The notes under the pieces are model-generated. The model was given only the letters and a program-made list of their open reading frames with translations. It had not been told where the DNA came from and ran no database searches. Positions 10,399 to 20,188 of a stretch of DNA of 64,000 bases are shown one piece after another. The stretch's first letter is position 1, and each line of letters begins with the position of its first letter. The translations under genes and the position numbers were made by a program. This stretch comes from an archaeon (GTDB lineage Archaea > Nanobdellota > Nanobdellia > Woesearchaeales > GW2011-AR9): assembly GCA_030704845.1 (NCBI GenBank), contig JAUYKZ010000006.1:18046-82045 (forward strand), read 5' to 3'.

Positions 10399-10596
10399 AT
10401 GATTATACCTATCCGATGTTTCAGTTGTGGAAAACCAGTAGGCCACCTTTGGGAAGAATTTAGCGAACGCCGTGAAAAAGGCGATGAAGTTAAAAAAGTT
10501 CTTGATGATTTTGGTTTAGAAAGATACTGTTGCAGATCTATAATGATGGGACATGTCGAATTAATTGATGTAGCTGCCGAATTTAGAAAAGCTTAG
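10399..10596 (+). CDS. rpoN: DNA-directed RNA polymerase subunit N (Rpo10)
   Basis: [15 protein letters not shown] ... [16 protein letters not shown] zinc-binding motif. Confidence 0.85.
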   Translation: MIIPIRCFSCGKPVGHLWEEFSERREKGDEVKKVLDDFGLERYCCRSIMMGHVELIDVAAEFRKA

Positions 10597-10645
10597 TTAC
10601 ATCGACTATTCTTTTTTTTCTATTTATTTGTTGAAATTTACTTTT
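10597..10645 (+). terminator. T-rich putative archaeal terminator after the ribosomal-protein operon
   Basis: TTCTTTTTTTTCTATTTATTTG run immediately after the rpoN stop. Confidence 0.3.
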
Positions 10646-10724
10646 AGGTTTTTTGTCACCAACTAGTGACCCCTTACGAAAACTTTATAAAGTAGTGCCT
10701 AAGAAGACAGTTAGGTAATTCAAA

Positions 10725-11150
10725 ATGTCAATAATTTACGATTTATGTCAACAAATGAGGCCACATTTACATGAGATTGGTCAGGCCGGCTTAATTGGTT
10801 TAACTGCAACTACCGCTCTTGCTACCGCAAGATCACTCAAAGGATCAAATACATTTGCAGATCAAATGAAAGATTCATTTAATTGGGCTACTGGCGCAGG
10901 ATTAGCAACTTTAGCTTACCTATATGACGTTCAACTTCCACCTGAAATAATTACAACTGATAAAGTTTCTACAGCTATTGATTATGTTGGAGCAGCGACT
11001 GCCGGAGCTGGAATTGGAGCTCTTTTAAGAGGAGTGTCTGGACCTGCTGATTGTTCTCTATCGGATAAAGTACGTGAAGGAGCAATAAGAGGAGCAATAG
11101 CTTTCCCGGTGGGATATGCTTTGTTTAATTATATCAGTCAAAGAATTTGA
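10725..11150 (+). CDS. Hypothetical Gly/Ala-rich membrane-associated protein. Its stop overlaps the start of the L,D-transpeptidase gene by 4 nt.
   Basis: ORF with CTTTATAAAG box ~35 nt upstream; hydrophobic Gly/Ala segments. Confidence 0.4.
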   Translation: MSIIYDLCQQMRPHLHEIGQAGLIGLTATTALATARSLKGSNTFADQMKDSFNWATGAGLATLAYLYDVQLPPEIITTDKVSTAIDYVGAATAGAGIGALLRGVSGPADCSLSDKVREGAIRGAIAFPVGYALFNYISQRI

Positions 11151-11932
11151 TTAAAATGAAGAAAGTTACACAAATTGCAATTGCTTTACTTGCGTCCTTA
11201 GGAATACACCAAGAAATAAACTATTATTCTAATTCTAGAAAAAATGAAGTTAAAGCGGAATATTCTAATTCTAAAGAAAAATTAAAAAAAGACTTAGAAA
11301 GTAAAATAGGGGATAATAATTACCAGAGTTCCAATAATGCAAATAAAAAAGAAGTTCTATCAAGATATAACTTTACAAGAAAATCTTTACAAGAGATATT
11401 TGATGAATATCAAAAAGAACATCCTGAAGAAAAATTTGAAAAATCTATTATCGTAGAAAAAGAACCTAGAGTCTTAACAGTTTATGTAAATAATATTCCT
11501 TTAAAATCATATAGAATTGCTCTAAGCGGTGTTCCTGGAGATAAAGTCTTGGAAGGAGATATGAAAACACCTGAAGGAGATTTTTTTATTGAAAGAAAAA
11601 GATATAGTAATTTTGACCATCCTTTAATTATCAGTTATCCGCTTCCAGAAGATGCAGAAAGAGGATTAAAATATGGTATTATTAAGAGATGGAGATATAA
11701 AGAAATAATTGATGCACATAAAAACTGCAAAGTTCCTCCCCAAAGAAATGATGGTCTTGGAAGTAATATTTTAATTCATGGCGGCGGTGGTTATTCTAGA
11801 GGTGATTGGACAGCTGGATGTATTGCATTAAATAATTCTGAGAAAGATGAATTATATCAGTTTATTAAACCGGGATGTAAAGGAACAAAAGTTATAGTCG
11901 TAGGTAGATACTACGATTTTGATGAAGAATAA
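11147..11932 (+). CDS. Secreted L,D-transpeptidase (YkuD-fold) domain protein
   Basis: N-terminal signal peptide; catalytic motif ILIHGGGGYSRGDWTAGCIALN (His...Cys). Confidence 0.7.
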   Translation: MIKMKKVTQIAIALLASLGIHQEINYYSNSRKNEVKAEYSNSKEKLKKDLESKIGDNNYQSSNNANKKEVLSRYNFTRKSLQEIFDEYQKEHPEEKFEKSIIVEKEPRVLTVYVNNIPLKSYRIALSGVPGDKVLEGDMKTPEGDFFIERKRYSNFDHPLIISYPLPEDAERGLKYGIIKRWRYKEIIDAHKNCKVPPQRNDGLGSNILIHGGGGYSRGDWTAGCIALNNSEKDELYQFIKPGCKGTKVIVVGRYYDFDEE

Positions 11933-11955
11933 GAAGAATCAGAATTTTCTTAAGA

Positions 11956-14229
11956 TTATCTTGATGATGTGATAAACGTTTTTCCGTCTTTCGTCCAGAT
12001 CAGTTTTCCAATAGCCATATCACGGAAAAGCCAGGATCTTTCCCCTTTAGTCTTACCAGTATCCGGATCGATTGGACGCACAAGTATGTTATCATTTATG
12101 TCAGATTGGCCAATAACACCAGGCATCAGCTCATTAAGTGGAGCTAGACCATACCACCCTTGAATAAGGTCAACTTCCGGGTATTTATCTATCAGAACAA
12201 CAAGATGTGGCCTAAGTTCACCAGTAGAATCTGGAGGAGGTACCGTATTACAAGAACTATAAAATACCTTTTTTACATCTCCTTCTGGGAAGTCTTTAAA
12301 ATCAATTCGATCTATCGGGTTATGGCTATCATCTTTAGTCTTTACTGATGGTGCATCACGCCAGATATAATCAGAATTTGCCCAATGATGTCCCGTGATT
12401 ACAAGATTTTTACTATTAGTTTTTGGTGGTAAATCTCTGCTGTTAAGAATAAGACATCCAGTGCCACTTTTCCTGCACCATTTTTCCATGCTTTGACCCG
12501 ATGATGCGGCGTCACCAGCAATAATAATCGTCGTGGTTGGGGAAGAACCATCTTTCGATTTAATCACTTTACCAAAAGATTCAGCAAATTTCTGTTCGCA
12601 ATCCTTGTCAACATAACAGGTGACAAATGAGTTTTGTCTTGATGATTCAAAGTAGTTTTCAACATATGCTGACTTTTCGATGTTATAAGTTTTATATCCA
12701 CTGTTAGAAGACCAATGTTGCATCTTTTCTTCATTGGTAACTGGATCTTTAGAAGTCACATCAAAACGACCAACATTCAGTTTAGCCAAATCTTTGTCTA
12801 CGGAGACATCACCATTGCCACTAACAATGACTTCGCTAATAACTTTTTGTTCGGTGGAAGAAATATCTTTCTTTTCGGTTGAACGATAAATTGCTTTTCC
12901 GTTATCAATATGATCAACCAGAACTTTATTAAAATAAGCAGAAGATGAGACAGAAACTTCATCTCCTTGTTTAATTCCCACGTAACGCAATTCTGTACGA
13001 TAACTCGGATCTCTAGTGTTACCATCACGATTAATTAAACAACTGAAACCAGTTTTACAGAAAGTATCTCTTTCTTTATTCTCAGAGTAGTATAATCGAT
13101 CACCTTTAAAATTAATTGTCGTGTCACCAAGTTGATCTTTCATTGACCCATCACCAATTAAAATAAATTCGTTCATAGCCGAAAGAAATTGATTCTTTGT
13201 CCTATCTCCCGGCTCAAGGACTGTTCCTTTAATCACCTGGGCAGTAGCTGTATATTCTTCAACACCAAAAGTATAATGTTTTGAAGATACTGACGATAAA
13301 CGTAAAAAGTCTTCACCTTCTGTACTTGCGACAATATCACCCTCATCTCCCCTAAAAAAACGAAAACTACCTTTGTAAAGAATCTTTCCAGAAACTGATT
13401 CCCGCGTCGGGGTATCTTTAGGGAGAACTTTTTTTGGTAAATTAACCTCAATACTTGCACACTTTCTGATATCTGTACCAGGACAATCAGCAAAAATAGC
13501 GACTTCTTTAACATCGGCATCAATTTGAAGAGTTCCCCCGGTGATCTGATAATTATTCTGTCCTTCAGTGATTAATGGATTTCCACCCGGACCTCTAGCT
13601 AATTTGAAATCCTCGGTTCCGCTAACTTCACCAAATGGAACTATTAATCTTCCATCTTTTAATACTCTAGAACCGAGAGGTACTTCATTAACTGTAAATT
13701 TAGTAGTTCTAATATTTTTATTAACATTATCCAGTCCAAGAATTTCTATTTTTTTTCCATCAAAAGAATTGATTTCCGCCCCTTCATCTTTAACACCATA
13801 ATTATAAAACCAAACTTCTTTGATTTTATAATTGTCATTTAAGATGGAAGTATCTTGCTGAAGTCTTGTACTTACATCTAGAAAAATTGGATTAAGTTTT
13901 CCGTTGATTAAAGAAGGATTAAAATTTACAGCGCGGACAAGATCTGGAGTTTGAAGTTTATTACTTACAGATGGATTAATATCCAAAGCAGAAGCTAATT
14001 TGTCAGTCGTGACAATAGACATGTCGCTTATTTTCCCTTGTTCAATAGCGGTAGCTAAATCTGTGGGTCCAAGATTATTCACATAATCAGGACTACTATA
14101 ATCTGCTTGCTGGTCTTCTGCTGGACAATCTGGTGGACATTCAGCTAAAGCTAACGGAAGTACAACTAACAAAACCATCATAACCAACAGTACTTTTCCT
14201 ACCTTACTTCCAGTAACCATCTTTTCCAT
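11956..14229 (-). CDS. Large Sec-secreted surface protein (757 aa), Cys-containing, no recognisable catalytic motif
   Basis: Signal peptide MEKMVTGSKVGKVLLVMMVLLVVLPLALA; start overlaps the stop of the upstream prepilin-like gene. Confidence 0.6.
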   Translation of the reverse strand: MEKMVTGSKVGKVLLVMMVLLVVLPLALAECPPDCPAEDQQADYSSPDYVNNLGPTDLATAIEQGKISDMSIVTTDKLASALDINPSVSNKLQTPDLVRAVNFNPSLINGKLNPIFLDVSTRLQQDTSILNDNYKIKEVWFYNYGVKDEGAEINSFDGKKIEILGLDNVNKNIRTTKFTVNEVPLGSRVLKDGRLIVPFGEVSGTEDFKLARGPGGNPLITEGQNNYQITGGTLQIDADVKEVAIFADCPGTDIRKCASIEVNLPKKVLPKDTPTRESVSGKILYKGSFRFFRGDEGDIVASTEGEDFLRLSSVSSKHYTFGVEEYTATAQVIKGTVLEPGDRTKNQFLSAMNEFILIGDGSMKDQLGDTTINFKGDRLYYSENKERDTFCKTGFSCLINRDGNTRDPSYRTELRYVGIKQGDEVSVSSSAYFNKVLVDHIDNGKAIYRSTEKKDISSTEQKVISEVIVSGNGDVSVDKDLAKLNVGRFDVTSKDPVTNEEKMQHWSSNSGYKTYNIEKSAYVENYFESSRQNSFVTCYVDKDCEQKFAESFGKVIKSKDGSSPTTTIIIAGDAASSGQSMEKWCRKSGTGCLILNSRDLPPKTNSKNLVITGHHWANSDYIWRDAPSVKTKDDSHNPIDRIDFKDFPEGDVKKVFYSSCNTVPPPDSTGELRPHLVVLIDKYPEVDLIQGWYGLAPLNELMPGVIGQSDINDNILVRPIDPDTGKTKGERSWLFRDMAIGKLIWTKDGKTFITSSR

Positions 14230-15530
14230 GTTCCGCCAAATTCATTTTTTACATTTACCCTTATTGAATGGGTTCCTAGATCATCTTTTGTTGGCGTAAA
14301 ATTAATAATTCCGGTTTCAGAATTGATATCAAATAAATAACTTTCATCGGTATATGTAATTCCACCACGATCATTAGAAATTGGAATTTTAAACACGTAC
14401 TCCTTACCTACTTCAGCAGTCTGTTGAGGAATGTTTTGAATTATTGGTAAATTGCCCGGATTTACATTAACATTTATCACAAAAGGAGCAATATTTTCAT
14501 TGTCAAAATTATCAGTTGCAATAACATAATAAAGATATTCGTCATTGGGAAAATTTTTTGTATCTAACGTAATAATTCCAGTTACCGGATTTATCGGAAG
14601 AGTTGATGGATCAGTGCTGAATGACACTTTATCATTTTCGCTTCTTGCTTCCAAATTATAAATTCCAGGCATGTCAATATTCCATTCGTCAGGTAAGATA
14701 ATTGAAACTGAAGGTTCTGGTTCAAAATCAGTAGGCGGAATTTCTATCGTTTCGGTAACCCAATCAAATCCTAAACCAAACCGATATAAAATTGGTTCTT
14801 CCTCTAACCCTTCATCGTAAACAAAATTTAGAACAACGTCTTTCCCCTCATCTCCGTACTGATTAAACCCGTAAATGAAATTATTCTCATATGCGGCCGA
14901 AGATAAAGGACTTATTTGGAATGTTTCCGGAGATTCTTCCTGCGTTTCAAGGTATCCTTGAACAAATTCATATTTACTGACAAAATCAAACGGAATCAAT
15001 GAAATGAATTGATTATAACCGCTTTCCGTTTCTCCAAGTTTTATTGTGACCGGATGTGATAAAGAAACCCTTGTTCCTGAACGTGTGAAAGCAATTTTAA
15101 TTTCGGGCTGGCCAGCATTAATAACATATCCTTTTTCTTTGAAAAAATTAAAATTATCGAGACATTCTTCATATATAGGGATAGCTCCCAAAGCAGTCTG
15201 GTCTGCAACAGTATTCAAAGATGGCAAGGAAGATTGTTTATTTTGGAAATAGTATGGAAGCGCAAAAACATTTTCTTTCTCAGTGAACGAAAGAAGAGAA
15301 AGGTCTAACGGATATTGGTTATATCCACCATTGTTAAGAGTTGTATATAACGATTTAGTTGTACTTTTTTCTAAACATTGTTCAATAAATGAAGTAACTG
15401 AAGCCGTTTCAACTTGATTAATAGATTTAGTATCACCAAAATTATCTTTAAGGAAGAAAAAAGATCCAGCTACAAGCAGAATAATTATACCTATAATTAT
15501 AAAAATCGTAACTTGTCCCCTTTTTTGCAT
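14199..15530 (-). CDS. Large protein with a class-III (prepilin/archaellin-like) signal peptide (443 aa), a putative pilin-like adhesin
   Basis: N-terminus MQKRG|QVTIFIIIGIIILLVAG: a basic residue-Gly cleavage-site-like motif followed by a hydrophobic helix; paralogous N-terminus in ORF 24676..27198. Confidence 0.55.
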   Translation of the reverse strand: MQKRGQVTIFIIIGIIILLVAGSFFFLKDNFGDTKSINQVETASVTSFIEQCLEKSTTKSLYTTLNNGGYNQYPLDLSLLSFTEKENVFALPYYFQNKQSSLPSLNTVADQTALGAIPIYEECLDNFNFFKEKGYVINAGQPEIKIAFTRSGTRVSLSHPVTIKLGETESGYNQFISLIPFDFVSKYEFVQGYLETQEESPETFQISPLSSAAYENNFIYGFNQYGDEGKDVVLNFVYDEGLEEEPILYRFGLGFDWVTETIEIPPTDFEPEPSVSIILPDEWNIDMPGIYNLEARSENDKVSFSTDPSTLPINPVTGIITLDTKNFPNDEYLYYVIATDNFDNENIAPFVINVNVNPGNLPIIQNIPQQTAEVGKEYVFKIPISNDRGGITYTDESYLFDINSETGIINFTPTKDDLGTHSIRVNVKNEFGGTWKRWLLEVR

Positions 15531-15549
15531 AATGTTAACACCTAACTAA

Positions 15550-15588
15550 AAAAAGGTCTAAAGGACATAGTCCTTTCTCTACCTTTTT
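15550..15588 (-). terminator. Nested palindrome followed by a T-run on the minus strand. Candidate terminator of the NT/HEPN pair and/or an operator before the prepilin-like gene.
   Basis: AAAGGAC-ATA-GTCCTTT inside AAAAAGGT...ACCTTTTT arms. Confidence 0.35.
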
Positions 15589-15645
15589 TGCATATGAAAT
15601 AAGTAAGAAATGGACGTATTTAAAGGTAACTATTCGAGAGGTATT

Positions 15646-16089
15646 TTATTTTAACATCTCTCTTAATTTTAAGTATTGTTTCTTTGTAAATTCAATAGCT
15701 TTTTGAGCATAGTTCTTCTCAAGCATTGTTCCATAATAAAGCATTCCATTCCTGAAATATCTTAATTGGTCTGCAAACTGAACATCACGTTCATTAAATC
15801 CTACGGTTCTCATATAAGCTACTTCTGCTTCGTGAGCTCCAAAGCCAGATGCATTATATCCATCTAAAAGCATTTTTGCTCTTATCAACTCCATTAAAAT
15901 ATCATAACATACTTTTATTAACATGTTTGCAGTATCATCAGAAACTTTTAATTTTTCTATTATCTTTAATAAATTGTTATAGCTATTTTCAGATTCTTCA
16001 ATTAGGAATTTTGCTCTTGATTTGTCAGGATATTGTTTCTTTACAACATTATCCTTAATAAACTCTTCAAAATGCCTTATTGCCTTCAT
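15646..16089 (-). CDS. HEPN-like protein paired with the upstream nucleotidyltransferase (putative toxin partner). The Rx4-6H motif is not canonical.
   Basis: 4-nt overlap with the NT gene; all-helical ~150 aa; synteny with MNT. Confidence 0.45.
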   Translation of the reverse strand: MKAIRHFEEFIKDNVVKKQYPDKSRAKFLIEESENSYNNLLKIIEKLKVSDDTANMLIKVCYDILMELIRAKMLLDGYNASGFGAHEAEVAYMRTVGFNERDVQFADQLRYFRNGMLYYGTMLEKNYAQKAIEFTKKQYLKLREMLK

Positions 16090-16634
16090 AATTCAACGCC
16101 ACCAACCAGAACAATACCATTGAAAAGGTTCTCTTTTAAGTGTTTATGTATTTTATTGAATGATTCATAGAAATTAATGTTTATTGTTCTTTCAAGTAAT
16201 TTTTCATAGACAGACACCACAAACAGTTTATCTTTTCTTCCGATTACTGCAATATCTATATCTGAGTTTATTAAGTCATCTCCTCTTGCATATGATCCAA
16301 ATAGTATTATAGTTGCTCCAGCAAATTCCTTTTCAAGAAAATCCGCTAGCCCAGATTCATAAATTTGTCGTAGGTTGTCTACTCGTTTTAACTGCATAAC
16401 TGTTTGAGAACTTCTATTTAACTCTATAGACCACCTTTTAGATGCTTTATCCTGCTGTACTTTTACAAAGTGCTCTTTTTCCAATGTTGGAATTGCCTTC
16501 ATAACAGCTGGTTGTGATACATCCAGAAACAGGGATATTTGTCTTTGGTTTAATGCTGTGCCAGCTTTTACAAATAATAATCTCAAAATCTCCTGTTGCA
16601 AGTTTGTTAACTTAAGTTTATATGTGTTTGCCAT
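16086..16634 (-). CDS. wHTH-fused minimal nucleotidyltransferase (MNT-type antitoxin-like)
   Basis: GSYARGDDLINSDIDIAV polymerase-beta-type NT motif; N-terminal winged-helix. Confidence 0.7.
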   Translation of the reverse strand: MANTYKLKLTNLQQEILRLLFVKAGTALNQRQISLFLDVSQPAVMKAIPTLEKEHFVKVQQDKASKRWSIELNRSSQTVMQLKRVDNLRQIYESGLADFLEKEFAGATIILFGSYARGDDLINSDIDIAVIGRKDKLFVVSVYEKLLERTININFYESFNKIHKHLKENLFNGIVLVGGVEL

Positions 16635-16682
16635 AGTTTAGATATGTAAACCCTTGTTAATATTTAAATGTTTTGGTTAGAT

Positions 16683-16748
16683 GGGCTCCGTAGAAAGAGT
16701 CTCGTTCAGAGCCCTGCCAAAAGCTGTTTAATCCTCGTCATGCAGGGC
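16683..16748. ncRNA. Candidate small structured RNA: two overlapping GC-rich hairpins in an otherwise AT-rich intergenic region
   Basis: GGGCTC-19nt-GAGCCC and GCCCTGC-24nt-GCAGGGC stems; local GC well above background. Confidence 0.2.
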
Positions 16749-16877
16749 GACCTTATTTAGTTTTACCAAGAATTGTTTTTATTTCTTTTTCAAACTTTCT
16801 TAGTGTCCGGAAGAATCTCATCTAGTTCATTTAAATAAGTATTCATTATATAAAGAAAGACCAGTGATTATTTGAAA

Positions 16878-17699
16878 TTATCCCTTAACAATTCTTGCCA
16901 CATATAACCTAGCCCAAGCAATTACTATCAGAAGGAAACCTAACCCAATCATAGTAAGAATCCATTTTGGCTGGTAAATAAATACTCTTTGGATAAGGTA
17001 ACTTATCACGTTAGCTGCAAGCATTACAACTAGCATCAGAAGAATTCCATACGATAACAAAGACCAATTTTTCTTCCAGTTATGGAAAGACATCCCAATA
17101 GATTCCCAAACCTTGTTACTTTTTGCAAAAGATTTGTATGCAAGGAACATGAAAACAAGGAATATAAACATGAAGAAAGCCGTAATCATGTTCGTATAAA
17201 ATAAACCTAACACTTGATTCTTAAAAGGAGTAAGGAATACGAACGGCGATTTAAGAGCAATTGATAGTAAAGAGTATAACACTCCGGTTACAATCATCAA
17301 CAATGAAATTAAATTCCATTTAAGGAAACTTCTCACGGAAGTATGTTTCTTCATGATAGTATCCCAGATAACCATTCTTGAGAATGAATATACGGCTAAC
17401 GCTAAGAGTATTATTAAAAGAGAACCGCCAACCATGATAAACAAGAAATTTCTTACATTATCCGAGAATGCTTTATTATAATCTTGTGAGCCGGAAAGAA
17501 GTGCTGTTTTAAGTTGTTCAACAGTTAAACCGCCACTGATATCGTAAGCTTTCGCAGTTAGCAATGAGCCGAAACTTAAGAATAACCCGATGATTAGCGC
17601 GAACGCTATAACGTCAGTTAAAAGAGTTTTCCAAAAAATGTGATCTAATTTAAACGAATCCAAGAATGTTTTCAGATGTCGATTTATTTTTAGTTTCAT
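16878..17699 (-). CDS. Polytopic integral membrane protein (about 6-7 TM)
   Basis: Multiple ~20-aa hydrophobic segments; 1-nt spacing from the upstream 604-aa gene. Confidence 0.55.
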   Translation of the reverse strand: MKLKINRHLKTFLDSFKLDHIFWKTLLTDVIAFALIIGLFLSFGSLLTAKAYDISGGLTVEQLKTALLSGSQDYNKAFSDNVRNFLFIMVGGSLLIILLALAVYSFSRMVIWDTIMKKHTSVRSFLKWNLISLLMIVTGVLYSLLSIALKSPFVFLTPFKNQVLGLFYTNMITAFFMFIFLVFMFLAYKSFAKSNKVWESIGMSFHNWKKNWSLLSYGILLMLVVMLAANVISYLIQRVFIYQPKWILTMIGLGFLLIVIAWARLYVARIVKG

Positions 17700-17700
17700 T

Positions 17701-19515
17701 TTATATATTCAACGTAACTCCGGGTGATGACGAAGTAATTGAAGGTAATCTTTGGGAACCTTCATATTCAATTTCTCCTTTCTCTATTTCTTTTATGTCA
17801 GCACAAATTTCTGAGATGTCACTTCCAACAGAGGATTTTATGTTATGTTTAAACCGGATACATGCTCGCGTGAAATCTTCCGGCCTATATTTAGCAACGA
17901 TAGCCCCATCTGTATCTCCGTTATTTAATTGAATTACATCCGTACCAGTTATGAATTCTCCCCGTTTATACACTGGAAGAGCTTGACCAGATCCTTCTAG
18001 GAATATGTTGAATGAAACAGCTACCCCGTTCTCGTCAACGAATGGAGTGAATTTCTCATCCTGCGGAGCAGTTACTCTCCAATGAATTTTATAAAATTTA
18101 CCTTTAACTGGTTCTTCATCATCTTCGTTCTTGTAACAGAACTCATCATTTTTACATACGAAATCTTCCGGACAAATAAATTCTTGATCTGATTCCTCGT
18201 CAGGATTTCTGTCGCAAAGAATAAATGATTGTCTTGGCGATTTTTCTACTTGAAGTGCGCCAACAGATTGGTACGTTCCAGATTGAGTTCTGAAAAATGC
18301 AGTAGATTGTCCAGGGGATTCTGCTCTTTGCCGATCGTCATTTAAACAAACCGCTGAACTAGCGAATGCAGGAAGATCTGCAAAAAAGTTAAGAGTTTCA
18401 TCATTTGCATCTATCAACCAGCCATTCTTAGTTGCATCTGGGAAAATTAAATTTGATAATGATCTATAACTTCCTAAAGCTTGCAATGCTCTAATTCCGC
18501 CGCCAGCAACTTGACCGAAACCACTTTGACCTTTAACAAGAGTTTGGTATCCTTCGCTACCAATTCCTTGCCACCATCGAGTTTTTACTGAAGCAGATTC
18601 CGCATCTTGTCTTGCTGCTTCTGCGCGTTTTTTAGTAGCTGCGTATTCTGATGATTGGATTGATTCTGCATTTTGTTGCACTTCTAGATCAGATTTTACT
18701 TCTCCAGTTTTTGTTTCTCTCCATAATTCACCTTCTTTTACATAGGTTTTTCCGCCAATTGTTGCTTGCCAACCATCGACTGCTGACGAGAATAATTCTT
18801 TGTTTTCTTTTAATTCTTGTTGGGTGTGGATAAATGAATCTGCTTTCTCTTCATAACCAACGGCAAGACCTTCATATAAAGTTGCTGCATCGTTGTCTGA
18901 TAGTTTGAAGTTTTTGCAGGTTGGGGTGTGGAAACAATTGGTTGCTTGTTTTATTTCTTCACGATTTAAACCTTTTTTAGGAACAGTAGTAAGCCCCATC
19001 TCTTCTGCGATATTGGCGACTGCTATCCTTTCGGCATTATTTTGTTGTTTTAATTCTTCATCTATTTTAGCTGCTTTGGCTTGAAGACCGTTTGCTTTCG
19101 CTTTTTGTTGTGCTGCTTGGAGATTTTTTAAAGCTGTTGGGTTCGCCTTTATTTTGTCTGTGTATTCTTTTTGTTTTGCTTGATCGACTTGCTTACTATT
19201 TTGATAGAATATCCCATTTTCATCAACACTAATGTCGTCAAATAATGTTTCAGTAAATTGTGCTGCAACTTGAACACCACTCGGAGTAGTTGAAGACGCA
19301 GAAGCTTTTAACCATTCATCGAAAGTAGCTGGAATGGGGTTTGCTGGGGGATTTTTCACTCTTTCTTCCTTTTCATTTAACAACAAGCTAAGGGGACTAC
19401 CCTTAATAACAGCCTCTCCTGTTTCACCGTTAGACTTAACCTCTTCTTGAGCGACTATCAACGTACTTAAAACTATTACAAAGAGTACAAACATCATCGC
19501 TTTTTTTAAATTCAT
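17701..19515 (-). CDS. Sec-secreted protein (604 aa) with an Ala/Gln/Lys-rich coiled-coil segment and a Cys/acidic-rich C-terminal module
   Basis: Signal peptide MNLKKAMMFVLFVIVLSTLIVA; CxxxxxC clusters near the C-terminus. Confidence 0.55.
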   Translation of the reverse strand: MNLKKAMMFVLFVIVLSTLIVAQEEVKSNGETGEAVIKGSPLSLLLNEKEERVKNPPANPIPATFDEWLKASASSTTPSGVQVAAQFTETLFDDISVDENGIFYQNSKQVDQAKQKEYTDKIKANPTALKNLQAAQQKAKANGLQAKAAKIDEELKQQNNAERIAVANIAEEMGLTTVPKKGLNREEIKQATNCFHTPTCKNFKLSDNDAATLYEGLAVGYEEKADSFIHTQQELKENKELFSSAVDGWQATIGGKTYVKEGELWRETKTGEVKSDLEVQQNAESIQSSEYAATKKRAEAARQDAESASVKTRWWQGIGSEGYQTLVKGQSGFGQVAGGGIRALQALGSYRSLSNLIFPDATKNGWLIDANDETLNFFADLPAFASSAVCLNDDRQRAESPGQSTAFFRTQSGTYQSVGALQVEKSPRQSFILCDRNPDEESDQEFICPEDFVCKNDEFCYKNEDDEEPVKGKFYKIHWRVTAPQDEKFTPFVDENGVAVSFNIFLEGSGQALPVYKRGEFITGTDVIQLNNGDTDGAIVAKYRPEDFTRACIRFKHNIKSSVGSDISEICADIKEIEKGEIEYEGSQRLPSITSSSPGVTLNI

Positions 19516-19829
19516 ACTATCTTAATCCCATTCTTTACTGCTTCTTTAACTATACCAATCTCTTTCTTTCGTTTATTAAATTCTTCAGGAGTTAAACATA
19601 CAAAATCAACAGGATATCCTAGATCCCACATCAGATATAATGGTGGAGATCTCTTTAAATGTCTTTTTCCTCGGAATTTTGATGAGACCATAATCAAATC
19701 TACGTCACTATCTTTTCTCACCTTTCCAGTTGCCCTTGAACCGAATAAGTACATTGAGCGTAAAGGGTACTCCTTAGAGATACTTTCTGCAAAACCTTTC
19801 AAAGATCCAATTAATTTTTTTGTATCCAT
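19512..19829 (-). CDS. Minimal nucleotidyltransferase (MNT antitoxin-like)
   Basis: LFGSRATGKVRKDSDVDLIMV motif. Confidence 0.75.
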   Translation of the reverse strand: MDTKKLIGSLKGFAESISKEYPLRSMYLFGSRATGKVRKDSDVDLIMVSSKFRGKRHLKRSPPLYLMWDLGYPVDFVCLTPEEFNKRKKEIGIVKEAVKNGIKIV

Positions 19830-20188
19830 TGTAAAATTATTTCCGTAAGTTTTAGGATATATTCAGCTTCTTTTTTATTTACTTTCTCAAAAGGTAATTC
19901 ATTACCTTCTGGATATCTTACTTCCACATATACTGGGTTTATTTCAGCGCAGGCTTTAATAATATTGTCTGGTGCTCCAACTTCCCGCGCTAATTTTACT
20001 AAATCATGTATTCTTAATAAATCTTTATTTTTCTGCAGATAATGATATTTAAGAGATTTTTCAACCGCTTGTTGACAAAGTAAGGCCGTAACATAGTAAT
20101 CACCAGAAATTAAACTATTCTTAGCACTTTTAAGATCTCGTTTTGCTTGCTTCAACCATACCTCAACATCATTTCTCATTATTGACAA
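19811..20188 (-). CDS. HEPN domain protein (toxin-like partner of the MNT)
   Basis: AQQAVEKSLK ... LRIHDLVKL HEPN signature; overlaps both neighbours. Confidence 0.7.
   Translation of the reverse strand: MSIMRNDVEVWLKQAKRDLKSAKNSLISGDYYVTALLCQQAVEKSLKYHYLQKNKDLLRIHDLVKLAREVGAPDNIIKACAEINPVYVEVRYPEGNELPFEKVNKKEAEYILKLTEIILQWIQKN

Noticed and set aside
10655-10670. Short palindrome GTCAC-CAACTA-GTGAC between the r-protein operon terminator and the next promoter
   Set aside because: Only 5-bp arms; within chance expectation, although it could be a minor operator.
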